The notes beneath the pieces were generated by a model that was not told the origin of the DNA, did no database searches, and saw nothing but the letters and a program-made list of their open reading frames with translations. Below are positions 1 to 11,000 of a stretch of DNA of 32,346 bases, one piece after another. Location: the NCBI GenBank assembly GCA_016748015.1, contig JAAOMT010000142.1, positions 12,469-44,814 of the forward strand, in the 5' to 3' direction. Source of the stretch: Geosiphon pyriformis uo1 (taxonomy: Eukaryota; Fungi; Glomeromycota). A program made the translations under genes and the position numbers. Within the stretch, counting starts at the first letter, position 1. Each line of letters begins with the position of its first letter.

Positions 1-600
1 AAATTAACGACCAGGATATTCTATATAAAATAAAATTACTTTTGTTGTACGCATAAATGAAATTTGATGTACTAGAATAAATACCCGTAAATTCAACAAT
101 AGCTCAACAAATTCAGGTAAGGTCGATAAAGCTTGTTCAGACCACTGTATTGGAATTTGCGTTTTTTTCAGATGATAATATCGGTGTATATCGAGATTGT
201 CCCTAATGAGTACATTCAACTGGATCTCGGTCCCTATAATATCATAACTTGTTATTAAATCGGCAAACAATGAAAAGTTCTGAAATAATCTTACAGTACC
301 AAGACTTTACCTGCTATGGCATTTATCTTGGATCGAGTTTGGGAGTGTGACGACCATATTACGTGCTCGTTTCTGTTGAAGCTTCAATTTAATTAAAATG
401 TTAATTACAACAAAGAAAAACGAAGTAATTCTTACCATAAACTTTTGATGCTGTTTAGGTGACAACTTTCCTACAATGATGGAATCATCATATATTTTTC
501 TTTATCCTATCATCATCAAGAAGAACTTGTTCACTCTTTCTACACATATACATATTAGTTTAAATTCATAGATATTATTGTTACAAAAAGTAATCCGTCA
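1..600 (-). CDS. Multi-exon host gene or pseudogene, 3' exons, continuing off the window start; family of unknown function
   Basis: GT..AG introns at 310-234 (GTAAAG..TATAG) and 84-21 (GTATTT..TATAG) join in frame to give ...INAIA/GTEIQLNVLIRDNLDIHRYYHLKKTQIPIQWSEQALSTLPEFVELLLNLR/NILVVN. Further donor-like sites lie at ~435 and ~945. CpG is retained here, unlike in the TEs. Upstream exons are not resolved. Confidence 0.5.
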
Positions 601-3600
601 TACCATCTTCAATGCCTTGATATCACGTAGACTACAGATGGTTTCATAGGCACATTCGAACTGACACAGAATAATATGATGTTAGTATAACTTGATAATG
701 TATATATTATCTCCCTCCATTTGCGCGCGCATTCAGAAATATCCTAAAGTTGTCATCCTTGTTCGGCCGCCACAAGGACTCTAACTTATCTAAATATTAC
801 TCCACGGAGTCGAAACACCTTTCACTACGTTCGAAAGTCGTAACTTGTGTACTTGTAGGCTCGGGTATTTATTTTGACTTTGTCAAGTGATATCTGCGTT
901 GTCATCATAATGTATAAAAAATGTCTAAAAAAGAGAATAACTAACCTCTAAAGGAATATTAGAAATCTTTCTAAAGCGTTCAGAATCTTCACCAGCAATG
1001 TTTTTCATGGACCGAATTGCATCAATTGTAAGCTTTAAGAGTTCTTGTTTGATCGTCTTCTGTGCCTATATAAATTACTGACCCTGCTGTGATATGCTTC
1101 ACTGGTTCATCTCTCATAAAGTCAAAAATTTTGGTGAATACGAGAGTCGACATATTCTCAGTTGTAAAAGTTTTTGAGTAGAGAGCGATGAATAAACATA
1201 ATGTAGATATACTGTCATTTTAAAACGTTTCCCTCCACCTCGTCCAACTATGGGAATAGTAGATTTGGGAAAAAAAACTTCACAAAGAAAATGCATGGGC
1301 CACGAGCTAAAACAATCAGCAGGGTCTACTAGCTAGCTTATGATTGGCAAGTCCGGATCGGCACTATTCACAATATCTGTAACTTTTTTTTATTTAGCTT
1401 TTATATTTGGTTTTAACATTACTTTTTGTGTTTGTTATAATTTGGAAAAATATCATTTAATATATATTTGATTCATATTAATAATATTTTAGATTTTAGA
1501 TTTTAGATTTATTAGTATAAATTTAACAAATTCGCTATTATTAAATTATAATAATAATTAGAGTCTTAAATCTTTATATTATGCTTATATAATATAATTG
1601 TCATTTAAAAATTATCATATTGTGCAATATTTATTTATATATTTAATTATTATTTTTATTTTCTTAAATTAATATTATTATTGTTTTATTGTTTTATTTT
1701 TTTAAAATAAAAAGTAAATAATTTCTTATATATTTTAAATTTATGACAGCTTATATGCATAATCGAGAAGGCATAATAGAATCTTTGTAAACGTCATAAA
1801 ATTCTCACAACTTATTAATATCTAATTAAAAACTAATTCAACAATAAAAATTAGAAATTAATGAACAAACCAGTTATTTCAAATAATAATAAATAAAACA
1901 TTTTTTTTACTATTTTTTGGTAAATACTTTATTTATTCAATTTATTGGGTATTATGAATTTTCATTAAGTTTAAAATTTAATAAAATCATAATCACTAGT
2001 TTGAAAAATTTATTAAAAAACTAATAGGCACTATTAAAAGCAATATATTGATTTTTTAATCTTTCATAATATGCTACAAATCAAAAGAATCAATAGCATA
2101 ATATGTCTACATTTTAAAAAAATTCAAAATAAATAACACGTCTAAATAATATTTCAAAATTGTTTTTTTACAAAATTCAAATCAGAATATATTTTTATTA
2201 TTAGTTAACCAATAATAAAAAAGTTAATTACTTAGTTAACAAATATTTTAATACCTTTTTTTATGAGTTACAATTAATTTGTTAAATTTTAAGAAATAAA
2301 AAATTGATAGGTTTTGCATATTTTTACCAAAAGAGCTTTATTCTAAATCTTAAATCTCAAGAATCAATCTAATTTTATTATTAAATATTGATAAAAAATA
2401 ATATTAAAAACATTTTTAAAAAGAAGTCTTTCTCAAATTAAATTAAGAAAAATGATTCAACTAATTATTTATTCATTATAAATTTAAAATAACTATATTA
2501 GATGGTAAAAAAGCATTAAATAATTCAATAAAATTTATTAACTTTTTAATACACTATTGCCAATTCCTATAATAACACACCTAAACTATAAATAATATCA
2601 ATTATTGTGAACTTTTTCTTTTTTGTTGCATATATTATAGTAACTTTTATAAGTGCGAATCTGAACTTTTAAAAGAGTGTTTTTTTTTAAGTTTAGAAAT
2701 TTCTTTAAAGGCGAGCTTCTTATTTTAATTGGGTATCTGCAGCAAGAGAATAATCAGCTAATTTGATTATAATGTCTTATTGACCATAAGTACTATTTGT
2801 TTAATACTTTACTTCCTAGTTTTTTTTTAGTGATGACCGTTTTGAAAATACTTTCAAAGTTGAATCCAAAAAGATTGTTTTTGTCAGCATGCTAAAGAGA
2901 ATTATTATTAAGAAAAAGAGAGTGCTATTTTTAAATTATATTATGGTGAATAAAGTTGCACTCTAAAAATTTTTAAGCTAATCAATAATTTTTTAATATA
3001 ACAGAAATAAATTAGATTTAATTAAAATTTGATATAGTGTTATAGAAAAAATATTTTCAAAAAGTGTATAAAAATTATATTATTTTAAATAAGATATTCT
3101 AAACAAAAAAACAAATAAGCTTAATACATAAAATTTTTCTTTTGTGAATTTTTTAAAAATTATAAATAATCTGTTATATCCTTCCTAAAAATCAAATAAA
3201 ATAGGTTCTTTTTAATAATTAAATATAATTCAAAGTTGATTTTCTAAGAAAATTTAATATTATTACTGCAATTTGTATGGTATTAGTTTTTTATTTTTTG
3301 ATGCATAAAAACCACAGTGGCAGCTGGATAACCTCTAAAGTAATAATTTAAAAGTATAAAAAATTAGATATAAACTATACTTCTTTTATTATGATTAATT
3401 GGATAAATCAAATTCATATTCCACTAAAAATTAATCAAACCAAAAAAAGTTCGGAATTACAACTTAAAATACCAATTTTAATTGATAAATAAAGTGTTAA
3501 TGGTTTCATTGAATATTGTATTTATAATAAATATATTTGACTGTCTTGGTCTAAATAATATTGACTTGACAATGTCTGATTTACAAATTAAAGATATTTA

Positions 3601-3978
3601 AAAAGAAATTACTCTTAAATAAAAATTTTTTTAAAAAAAAATTTAATATATATATATATATTTCAAATATTTTTCATTAGTAAGAGTTCAATTTTACAAA
3701 TATTCATCAATTAAAGGCTTTTTAATTATAGCATTTTGCAGGAAAAATAATTTTCTTAACCACTTTTAAATTTTTAATTAAATAAAATTTTGAGATATTA
3801 ATACTTTTTTATTTATATTAGAAATTAACAAAAAAACAATAGGCTGCTAGAAATCTAAAACAAGTTTCAATTTATTTTAATAATAATATTGTTACAGTTG
3901 AAACCCATAATTTTTATTAGTTATCACATGTATTAATCACTGATGTCATATAATTAACCACTCTATTTTTAGATAGTA

Positions 3979-4110
3979 ATCATTGACCTAATCAATGATC
4001 TGACCATTGACCTAATCATTAACCTGATCATTGACCTGATCAATGACCTGATTATTGACCTGATCATTGACCTGATCATTAACCTAGTCGTTAACCTGGT
4101 CATTGACTAC
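3979..4110 (+). repeat. 11 x 12-bp tandem array (ATCATTGACCTG) in the U3 region of the 5' LTR
   Basis: Counted directly; a second copy lies at 11059-11190. Confidence 0.95.
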
Positions 4111-4120
4111 TTTCAATAGC

Positions 4121-4180
4121 TATATAAGCAATGAGTCTCTTAGCTGTAGAAAATCATCTCTTAGACAAAAATCAAATAAA
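4121..4180 (+). promoter_or_regulatory. LTR TATA box (TATATAA, 4121-4127) and poly(A) signal (AATAAA, 4175-4180)
   Basis: Positioned directly after the U3 repeat array; identical in the 3' LTR. Confidence 0.65.
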
Positions 4181-4634
4181 TAAAAATAACAACTTTCATC
4201 TTAATCACTCTCTTATCGCTAATTTCTCTTTTTCTACCTTTAAGTATCCGAACATCTTAGGATAAAAGATTACTTGTTGGTCTTTTCCTAACATATATAA
4301 TTGTAGCATTTGAAGATTATTTGAATAAACGTAACTGAAGAGCACAAGTTGATATCTGATATTGAATTCTAAGAGTGCCGACATGAGGCATAGAATTATA
4401 CCAGTGGTTATCAATTGTTGACAGTATGAACTATCTCTCTACCTTCAGATTCTCTTGTTATCTTTTGAAAAAAATAGTGACTGAGATATTTTATGAGACT
4501 GATCTTGCACATTGAATCCATACTCATTCAATTCACTCATTGAAGTTGAATCCTCTTTGATTATTTCTATTACTCTATAATCCTGTTCTCCCTTGTTATA
4601 CATTAGCTTGTTACTCCAACCTGTAACATAAAAG

Positions 4635-4651
4635 TAGTGCTCCCTGTGAGG
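4635..4651 (+). promoter_or_regulatory. E1 primer-binding site, tRNA-Ile(UAU)-type
   Basis: TAGTGCTCCCTGTGAGG (TGG>TAG by transition), 6 nt after the LTR. It resembles the complement of eukaryotic tRNA-Ile(UAU) 3' ends (TGGTGCTCCAGGTGAGG). Confidence 0.75.
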
Positions 4652-4680
4652 TTGTCAAAATTCACTTATTTTCTTATTGT

Positions 4681-6237
4681 ATGGGTGATTATTCATACTT
4701 GTTACAGCAATCAGAAGAACACTTTGCAGCACACAACAGAAACAACCTAGATTTCATTGAACTTAATCCTTTGCTATCCTGCTTGATTTGCTTCCCCCTT
4801 GAAGAACAATCCAGTAGACAATTCCAAAACTTTTGGAACTGGTTACTAAATGAGCATTCAGCTGAAACCTACACAGCTTATACAACCTATTACTTTGACC
4901 AAGCTTATTTTGAAAATGACTTTGAAGAAAGAAACAACAGTATCAATTAGCTCTTATATTCTGCAACCTTTAAACAACAGCCCTCTGATTTCGAATATCT
5001 GAATCATCAAATCCACATTTGGATTGCTGTCCATCAAGCAACTGAAACTCTCTTTGAAACAGAAGAAGAAAGCTACCAAACTGCCCCTGTTTTTGACCTT
5101 TTATCAAGCAAATCAGACTCGTCTACACAAACAGCTACCCTTAAACCAATGGCTAATGACTCCATGCAAGCAAACATTCTGGCCGCCCTTCAAGGTATAC
5201 AAACTGCTCTAGGAAGAAGAAATAATACCCCACTACCACTATTTAGAGGTGATGTACAGAATTCAATTGAATGGTTGGATGATTTTGAGAGAGCTGCCAC
5301 AGCCAACCAGTATGATGAAGAATACAAGTTCCAAATTGTTGGTGGCTACCTCCAAGGCTCTCCTACTACCTGGTTCTCACAAGAAACAGATACCAATGCT
5401 CAACACAGAATAATCAGATGAATACCAATCAATGCTGGAGAAAAAAATACCTCTTTCACTACCTGATTTGAGGCCAAGTTCAGAACCCCAATATTAATAT
5501 CCAAATGGTGCATGGAATTAGAAAAAAAAACTCAAGGCCCTAGAGAAGTAGTGACTGAATATGCCAAAGCTATTAGAAAGCTAATCAAATGTGTAGACTC
5601 TGGGAGAAACTGAACAGAAGAACAAAAGATTCATTCCTTCACAAAAGAATTGAGAACTGATTTATCTTATGCTCTCTGGCCTCTCTTGGCCCTGAAAGAC
5701 AACCCTATAATGGACATGGCCATTGAACTTGCTCAAAAAATTAAAGACAACCAAAGAATACATTTGAGATCTACACATCCAGTTTTTGCTCCTGCTCCTG
5801 TTATGGCTCCTGTCCCTCAAATAGCTATTGCTTCTTTTGCTGCCCAAATTCAAGATCCAAATGAACAATTAATTAACAGACTCACAACCAATCTTGTCCA
5901 GTTATTAGAACCTTTGGCATAAGCAGTCAGAGATAACCAGCAACCACCAAGACCTAAATATGAATCTCATTTTAACCAGCCCCAGCAACCTCCCTATCAA
6001 AGACAGCAAAATTGTGGTCCACCTGTGTGCTATTGTTGTGGATTAACTGGACATTATTCAAAAGATTATAACAATCCTCCACTGCCTCCTCTAGCTCCCA
6101 GAAACAATGACAACTAAAACAACAGACCCAACAACAACAACAATGTTCCCAATCAAAGACCCAATCATGCCAACATCAATTTCTTTGGAAAGGATCCCCT
6201 AGTTGAAGCCACTGTTTATCAGTCTTTAAACTGGTAG
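4681..6237 (+). pseudogene. gag: E1 Gag: N-terminal extension, retrotransposon capsid domain, CCHC zinc knuckle
   Basis: ORFs at 4681, 5149 and 5650 share one frame broken by transition-type stops. Motifs FRGDVQNSIEWLDDFERAATAN and QGPREVVTEY; knuckle CYCCGLTGHYSKDY (last C>Y). Confidence 0.9.
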
Positions 6238-6273
6238 GCGCATCTCCAAAGGGTGAGAGTACAAGCCAACCAG
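6225..6273 (+). promoter_or_regulatory. Putative -1 programmed ribosomal frameshift signal: T TTA AAC plus downstream stem-loop
   Basis: The heptamer at 6225-6231 is in X XXY YYZ phase with gag; the gag stop TAG is at 6235-6237 and pol is in the -1 frame. CTGGTAGGC (6231-6239) can pair with GCCAACCAG (6265-6273), with an inner TCTC/GAGA stem. Confidence 0.8.
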
Positions 6274-8915
6274 AAGAAAACTCCTTTTTCGCTTTTAACT
6301 TAACTGATGATGACCATGACATGGATGAACTAGCAATCAACATCTCAGAACCAACCAGAAAGAAGAAGAAAGCCAAGGTCGATTTTGTTCTAGATCCCAA
6401 CAAAGTCTCAACTTCTGCTGCTGATAACAATGAGCCATCAAAGGCTAAAATCTTTAAAAATCTCTCAAAGTTGGAACCCCCAGAAATTGTACAAAAATCT
6501 GGACCCTATTCCGTTGTCAAAGATCTCATGAAAACCCCAGCACATATTATCTTTGGCCAGTTAATGATTCACCCACAGTTCAGAAAAGATCTTCGCAAAT
6601 CTTTGATCCCAAAAAAGAAGACACCAAAAATCAACAAACACTCTCGCCAAGCTGGACTTGCTAACAACAGCAATGTCACCTCTCTGATTTGTAAAGCCCA
6701 AGTGGCTGAATACTTCATTGACTTAATTCTGAACAGTGGATTATCTGTTAGTGTTATTGCCAAACACTTCTTAGAAGCAATTGGTAGAAAAATTGATGAA
6801 CCTTCTACCAGACCAATGACCAATGTACATGGTGACAAAAAGAAAGGATTGGGTATTGCCAAAGCTGTTCCTGTTTGCATCAATAGAATCAGCATTGAAA
6901 CTGACATGGAAGTTTCTGAAGCCAAGGAATACACCATCATTGTTGGCAATAAATGGCTCAAGAAAGCAAAAGCTTTGCTTAATTATGAACTTTGTAAATT
7001 AACTATTAGATGTAGTAAAAAACCCATTGTGGTTAAATGTCGCCATTGGACAACTTCCCCAGTACCCAAACAAAACCAAGAAGAAGAACAATCAGATAAA
7101 TCAAATGATGAAGAGAGTGATGAAGAAGAAGAACAAGAAGAACAAAAAGAAACTACTGAACTCACCTATACCACCTTCACCAGCAATGGCAAACCACTAG
7201 ACAATGTTAAAGCAGACAAAGAAAGAATCATTGTAAATGGCAAGCTAATCTGCTGGCCTTATTATGATATTCTTAGAAGAATCTTTGAAAAAAAATCTGG
7301 CAAGAAAGCCAAATACAGTTTTTGGTAGCATGGTCCTTGTTCCCGGTGTTGGTGCAACAAATCCTTGTATTCTCCAAGTGATGAATACAAATCATGCCTG
7401 ATCTATTACAGAGATTGGGAACCAATCAGTTTGATACTCAGAGAAGAATTGAAAGAAGTACAGAAGTCTTTTGAGAATGAACCACCTGAGATTTAATCAC
7501 TGATTGTAAAACAAAAAAAACTCTCACCAGAAGAAAGAAAAATAGACATTGAAAATTTGCTGGCTAGAAATAGCCCAGTTATCTCCAAAAAAGATGATAC
7601 CCCTGGACATACCTATGTGATACAACACACCATTACCACCAGAGAAACTCGACCCATCTATTTGAAGCCTTATCAATCCAATCAGCACAATGATGAGTTT
7701 ATCAAGAAAGAGATAAACCGGATGAAAAAACTTGGATTCATACAAAAAACCAAGAGTGAATGGGCTTTTCCAGTTGTAGTGGTATCCAAAAAAAGTGGAA
7801 CACTATGCTTCTGTGTCGACTACTGCCAATTAAATGCCATTACTGAAAGAGACATGTACCCACTTCTCAAGATTGATGCAATGTTAGACCAATTCAAAGA
7901 TGCTGCTTTCTTCTCAACTATTGACTTAACTGCTGAATTCTGGCAAGTAGAGATGGATCCAGAAAGCAGAAAAAAAACTGCCTTCATCATCAAGTATGGC
8001 ACCTATGAATTCACAGTCATGCCTTTTGGTCTCACCAACACCTCTCCCACTTTTCAATACTTAATGGATAAAGTATTTAAATCAGTTAAGGAAAACTTTG
8101 TTCTAGTCTATTTGGATAACATAATGGTATACTCAAAAACCTGGAATGAACACCTGGAACATTTGCAAAAGGTTTTTGACCTCCTCAGAAATGCTGGCCT
8201 CAAGATCAAGCCAATTAAATCTTTCTTTGGAAAACAATCTACCCAGTTCCTTGGTCATCTTATCACAAAAGATGGAATTTTTCCTGACCCAGCCAAAGTT
8301 GAAAAAGTCCAAAACATCAAACAACCAATGAACATTCATGAATTATGCTCTTTTCTTGGTTTGGCCTCTTATTATTGCAAATTTGTCAAGGATTTCTCCA
8401 AAATCGCCTCTCCTCTCAATCAGCTACTTAGGAAAAATGGCAATTACCATTGGGAAACACATCAGCAAAAAGCCTTTGAAACTTTAAAGGAAAAACTGGT
8501 TACAGAATCCATTCTCAAGCCACCTGATATAGATCAACCCTTTATCCTTCACACTGATACATCTGGCTTTGGACTTGGTGCTGTTCTCTCCCAGAAAGAT
8601 GAAAATAGCAAAGAACATGCCATAGCCTATGCCAGTAAAACTTTTTCCCCAGCAGAACAGAACTATTCAGTCACTGAACAAAAATGCTTAGCAGTAGTAT
8701 GGTCCACCAATTACTGGAGCAAGTATCTTCTTGGTGTGAAGTTTTTGGTGGTAACAGATCACCAAGCTTTGGTTTGGCTGTGCAACAAAAAGAGGCTAGA
8801 ACACAAATGGATAACTTGCTGGATACTCCACTTGGATGAATTCGACTATGACATTCAACATTGCAAAAAAGCTAATTATCAAAACACCGACATTCTCTCC
8901 AGACTTATCATCTAG
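6225..8915 (+). pseudogene. pol: E1 Pol: aspartic protease, acidic/Cys-rich spacer, reverse transcriptase, RNase H (no integrase fused)
   Basis: LILNSGLSVSVI (DSG>NSG), IIVGNKWL, LCFCVDY, MPFGLTN, VYLDNI (YLDD>YLDN), LHTDTSGFGLGAVLSQ, TDHQAL. Stops at 7326 (TGG>TAG) and 7494 (CAA>TAA). Confidence 0.95.
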
Positions 8916-8988
8916 TGACAGAACAACCCTCTTAAACCAAACCAACTTAATTATTAGTAATTCCCCCTTTTTTTTGACAAACACGATA

Positions 8989-10251
8989 ATGGACTTGAAC
9001 AACTACTCTGCCTTAATGGAATTTTTGGGTAAAAAACAATACACACTGAAATACACACAACAACAAAGAGAACATTTGCACAAACAATCAAATTTCTATT
9101 TGATTTGCCAGAACTAACTTTATAAAAGAAATAGAAAAGATCCTGACTGCCCCCAGAGAGTCATTAGATTTGAAAAAAGAGAAATTGTGATCTACAATAT
9201 GTACACTGATCCATTAGTTGGACACTTTGGAAAAACAAAAACAATTCAGAAAACTTTAGCTCACTATTATTGGCCTACCTTGGGAAAAGACATTCCTGAA
9301 TACATTAAAACCTGTGATATCTGCCAAAGAAGAGGAAAACCCAATTGCAAAGAAAATATCCATCCAATCTCTGTTGGTCAACTCTTTGACAGAATTGGTA
9401 TAGATGTTGTTGGACCTTTAACAATAACTTCTGATGGCAACAGATACATTATTACAGTTACTGACTATCTTACAAAGTGGGTAGAAGCAAGAGCCACTCC
9501 AGACCAAACAGCAATCTCAATAGTCAATTTCATTTATGAAGATATTATTTGTCACCATGGCTGCCCCAAAGAACTTTTATCTGACAGAGGAAGAGCTTTT
9601 CTTAGTACACTTGTTAAAGAACTTTGTAGAAAAATGGGAATACATCACAAACTTTCTTCTCCTTATCACTCCCAAACAAATGGCCTAGTAGAATGTTTCA
9701 ATAGAACACTATGTGAAACTCTAGCCAAAACCAGTGAAAAAACAAATTTATGGGACAAAGTACTGCCTTCAGCTTTGTTTACTTATAGAACTGTAAATCA
9801 TGACATAACAAGTTATAAACTCTTTTATTTATTCTATGGACAAATGGCAATTCTACCAATAGAAACTGACATTGAGACAATATTTTTTGAAGAAATAACA
9901 ATAGGGAATTACAAAGACATTTTGCAAAGAAGACTTGGTACCATTCTTGACTCATTAGTAGAAGCACAGATAATTGCCTTTAAAAAGATAAAACAATTCC
10001 AAGAGAAGCTTAAGAAAAAGAAAACATATAAAACACTTTTCTTAAGTGTTGATAACTTAGTTTTAGAATACCATTCAGACAGAGACAATGTCTATGGTGA
10101 TAAATTCTCTAGCCAGTGGAAAGGACTCTTTATAGTTAACAAAGTTTTGAACAATAGTTCTTATATCTTACAAGATCAATATAGAACAATCTTCAATAAT
10201 TGCCCTGTTCATGGCACACGACTCAAGCAATATCACAAACAACTTGATTAG
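8989..10251 (+). pseudogene. E1 integrase in its own ORF (HHCC, rve core, C-terminal SH3-like; no chromodomain)
   Basis: ATG at 8989 (MDLNNY), 73 nt after the pol stop and in the +1 frame. GHFG..YYWP..CDICQ, IGIDVVGP, SDRGRAF, QTNGLVE. One internal stop at 9115. Confidence 0.92.
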
Positions 10252-10343
10252 TTACCTGTTGTGGTAATACCGACCCAAATGATCAACAAAAATCAGATAT
10301 AAATAAATGCATCATTCCCAAAACAGAGGTATCTTCAATTAAT

Positions 10344-11000
10344 ATGAACAATTATTTCCTAGATCAAAACATTCAAAACGCTTTCTACACTCTCTATGAG
10401 TACTGGATCAAAAATTATCCAAATGCTACTCTGACCATTGGAAAACAAACCACCATAACTGATAACAGTGGAACACATACTGTTATTAGACCAAAGAAAA
10501 CCACTACCAGAAGAGAAAGAATTGGTAGCAAAATGGATAAGTATTTGCTGGAAAGCATAACAGCAGCAATACTTACACCTTCTATGACAATTGGAAAAAT
10601 GATTAAAGAAATCTTGCTCATAGACAAAAACTTGTCATATGGAAGGCAACTAGAACTCTATGGTTGTCTTGGTGAAATCATAAAAGAAATGAAGCTCATA
10701 AAGAAAACAACTTCAGAGATACAAGTGGAAATTTTGGGCATTATACGTTTAGATGTCCCAAGAGTTTTGACCATTGCAAGAAGAGCCAAAACTCTTATAC
10801 AAAGATTTGGTCTCTTGGATACAAAGCTTATTTCGCCTCAAGTACTATATATTCTATCCACAAAAGACTTCAATAAACTAGTTAGTTTTGAGTTAGACAA
10901 AACCCTTCAATTAGAATATCCTATAAATAGCTTGATTTCACCAGAACTCAATCTCTTTGAAGAAGATGATGTTATGGTTGAAACCCATAATTTTTATTAG
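10344..11000 (+). CDS. E1 extra 3' ORF (218 aa, unknown function, env position), reading through the PPT into the 3' LTR
   Basis: Uninterrupted ATG-initiated ORF between integrase and LTR, with no signal peptide or TM segment. Motif-level similarity to the E2 3' ORF. Confidence 0.75.
   Translation: MNNYFLDQNIQNAFYTLYEYWIKNYPNATLTIGKQTTITDNSGTHTVIRPKKTTTRRERIGSKMDKYLLESITAAILTPSMTIGKMIKEILLIDKNLSYGRQLELYGCLGEIIKEMKLIKKTTSEIQVEILGIIRLDVPRVLTIARRAKTLIQRFGLLDTKLISPQVLYILSTKDFNKLVSFELDKTLQLEYPINSLISPELNLFEEDDVMVETHNFY
10959..10969 (+). promoter_or_regulatory. E1 polypurine tract (G>A eroded)
   Basis: GAAGAAGATGA abuts the TG of the 3' LTR. Confidence 0.7.

Larger units (their letters stand above)
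3890..4628 (+). repeat. E1 5' LTR
   Basis: Direct repeat of 10970-11708 (offset 7080, no indels). The reconstructed terminal inverted repeat is TGTTACGG..CCGTAACA. Confidence 0.97.

Noticed and set aside
1400-3800. Hidden structure in the very AT-rich stretch
   Set aside because: No ORFs, periodic repeats or terminal repeats I could support; at most eroded exons.
3979-4110. CRISPR-like array
   Set aside because: Contiguous 12-bp units with no spacers, duplicated inside both LTRs, and no cas genes.
4205-4414. 69-aa antisense ORF present in both E1 LTRs (also 11285-11494)
   Set aside because: Non-ATG start, short, duplicated only because the LTR is; differences between copies frequently change amino acids.
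10050-10300. Chromodomain at the integrase C-terminus (chromovirus)
   Set aside because: Both integrases end shortly after the SH3-like GPF/Y module; no Y.V.W.G motif.
6176-10627. Minus-strand ORFs (6176-6430, 6569-6961, 6983-7165, 7820-8002, 10415-10627 and others)
   Set aside because: Antisense shadows of pol, integrase and the 3' ORF, with no motifs.
10344-11000. Calling the 3' ORF env
   Set aside because: No signal peptide, TM anchor or Cys-rich ectodomain, and too short.
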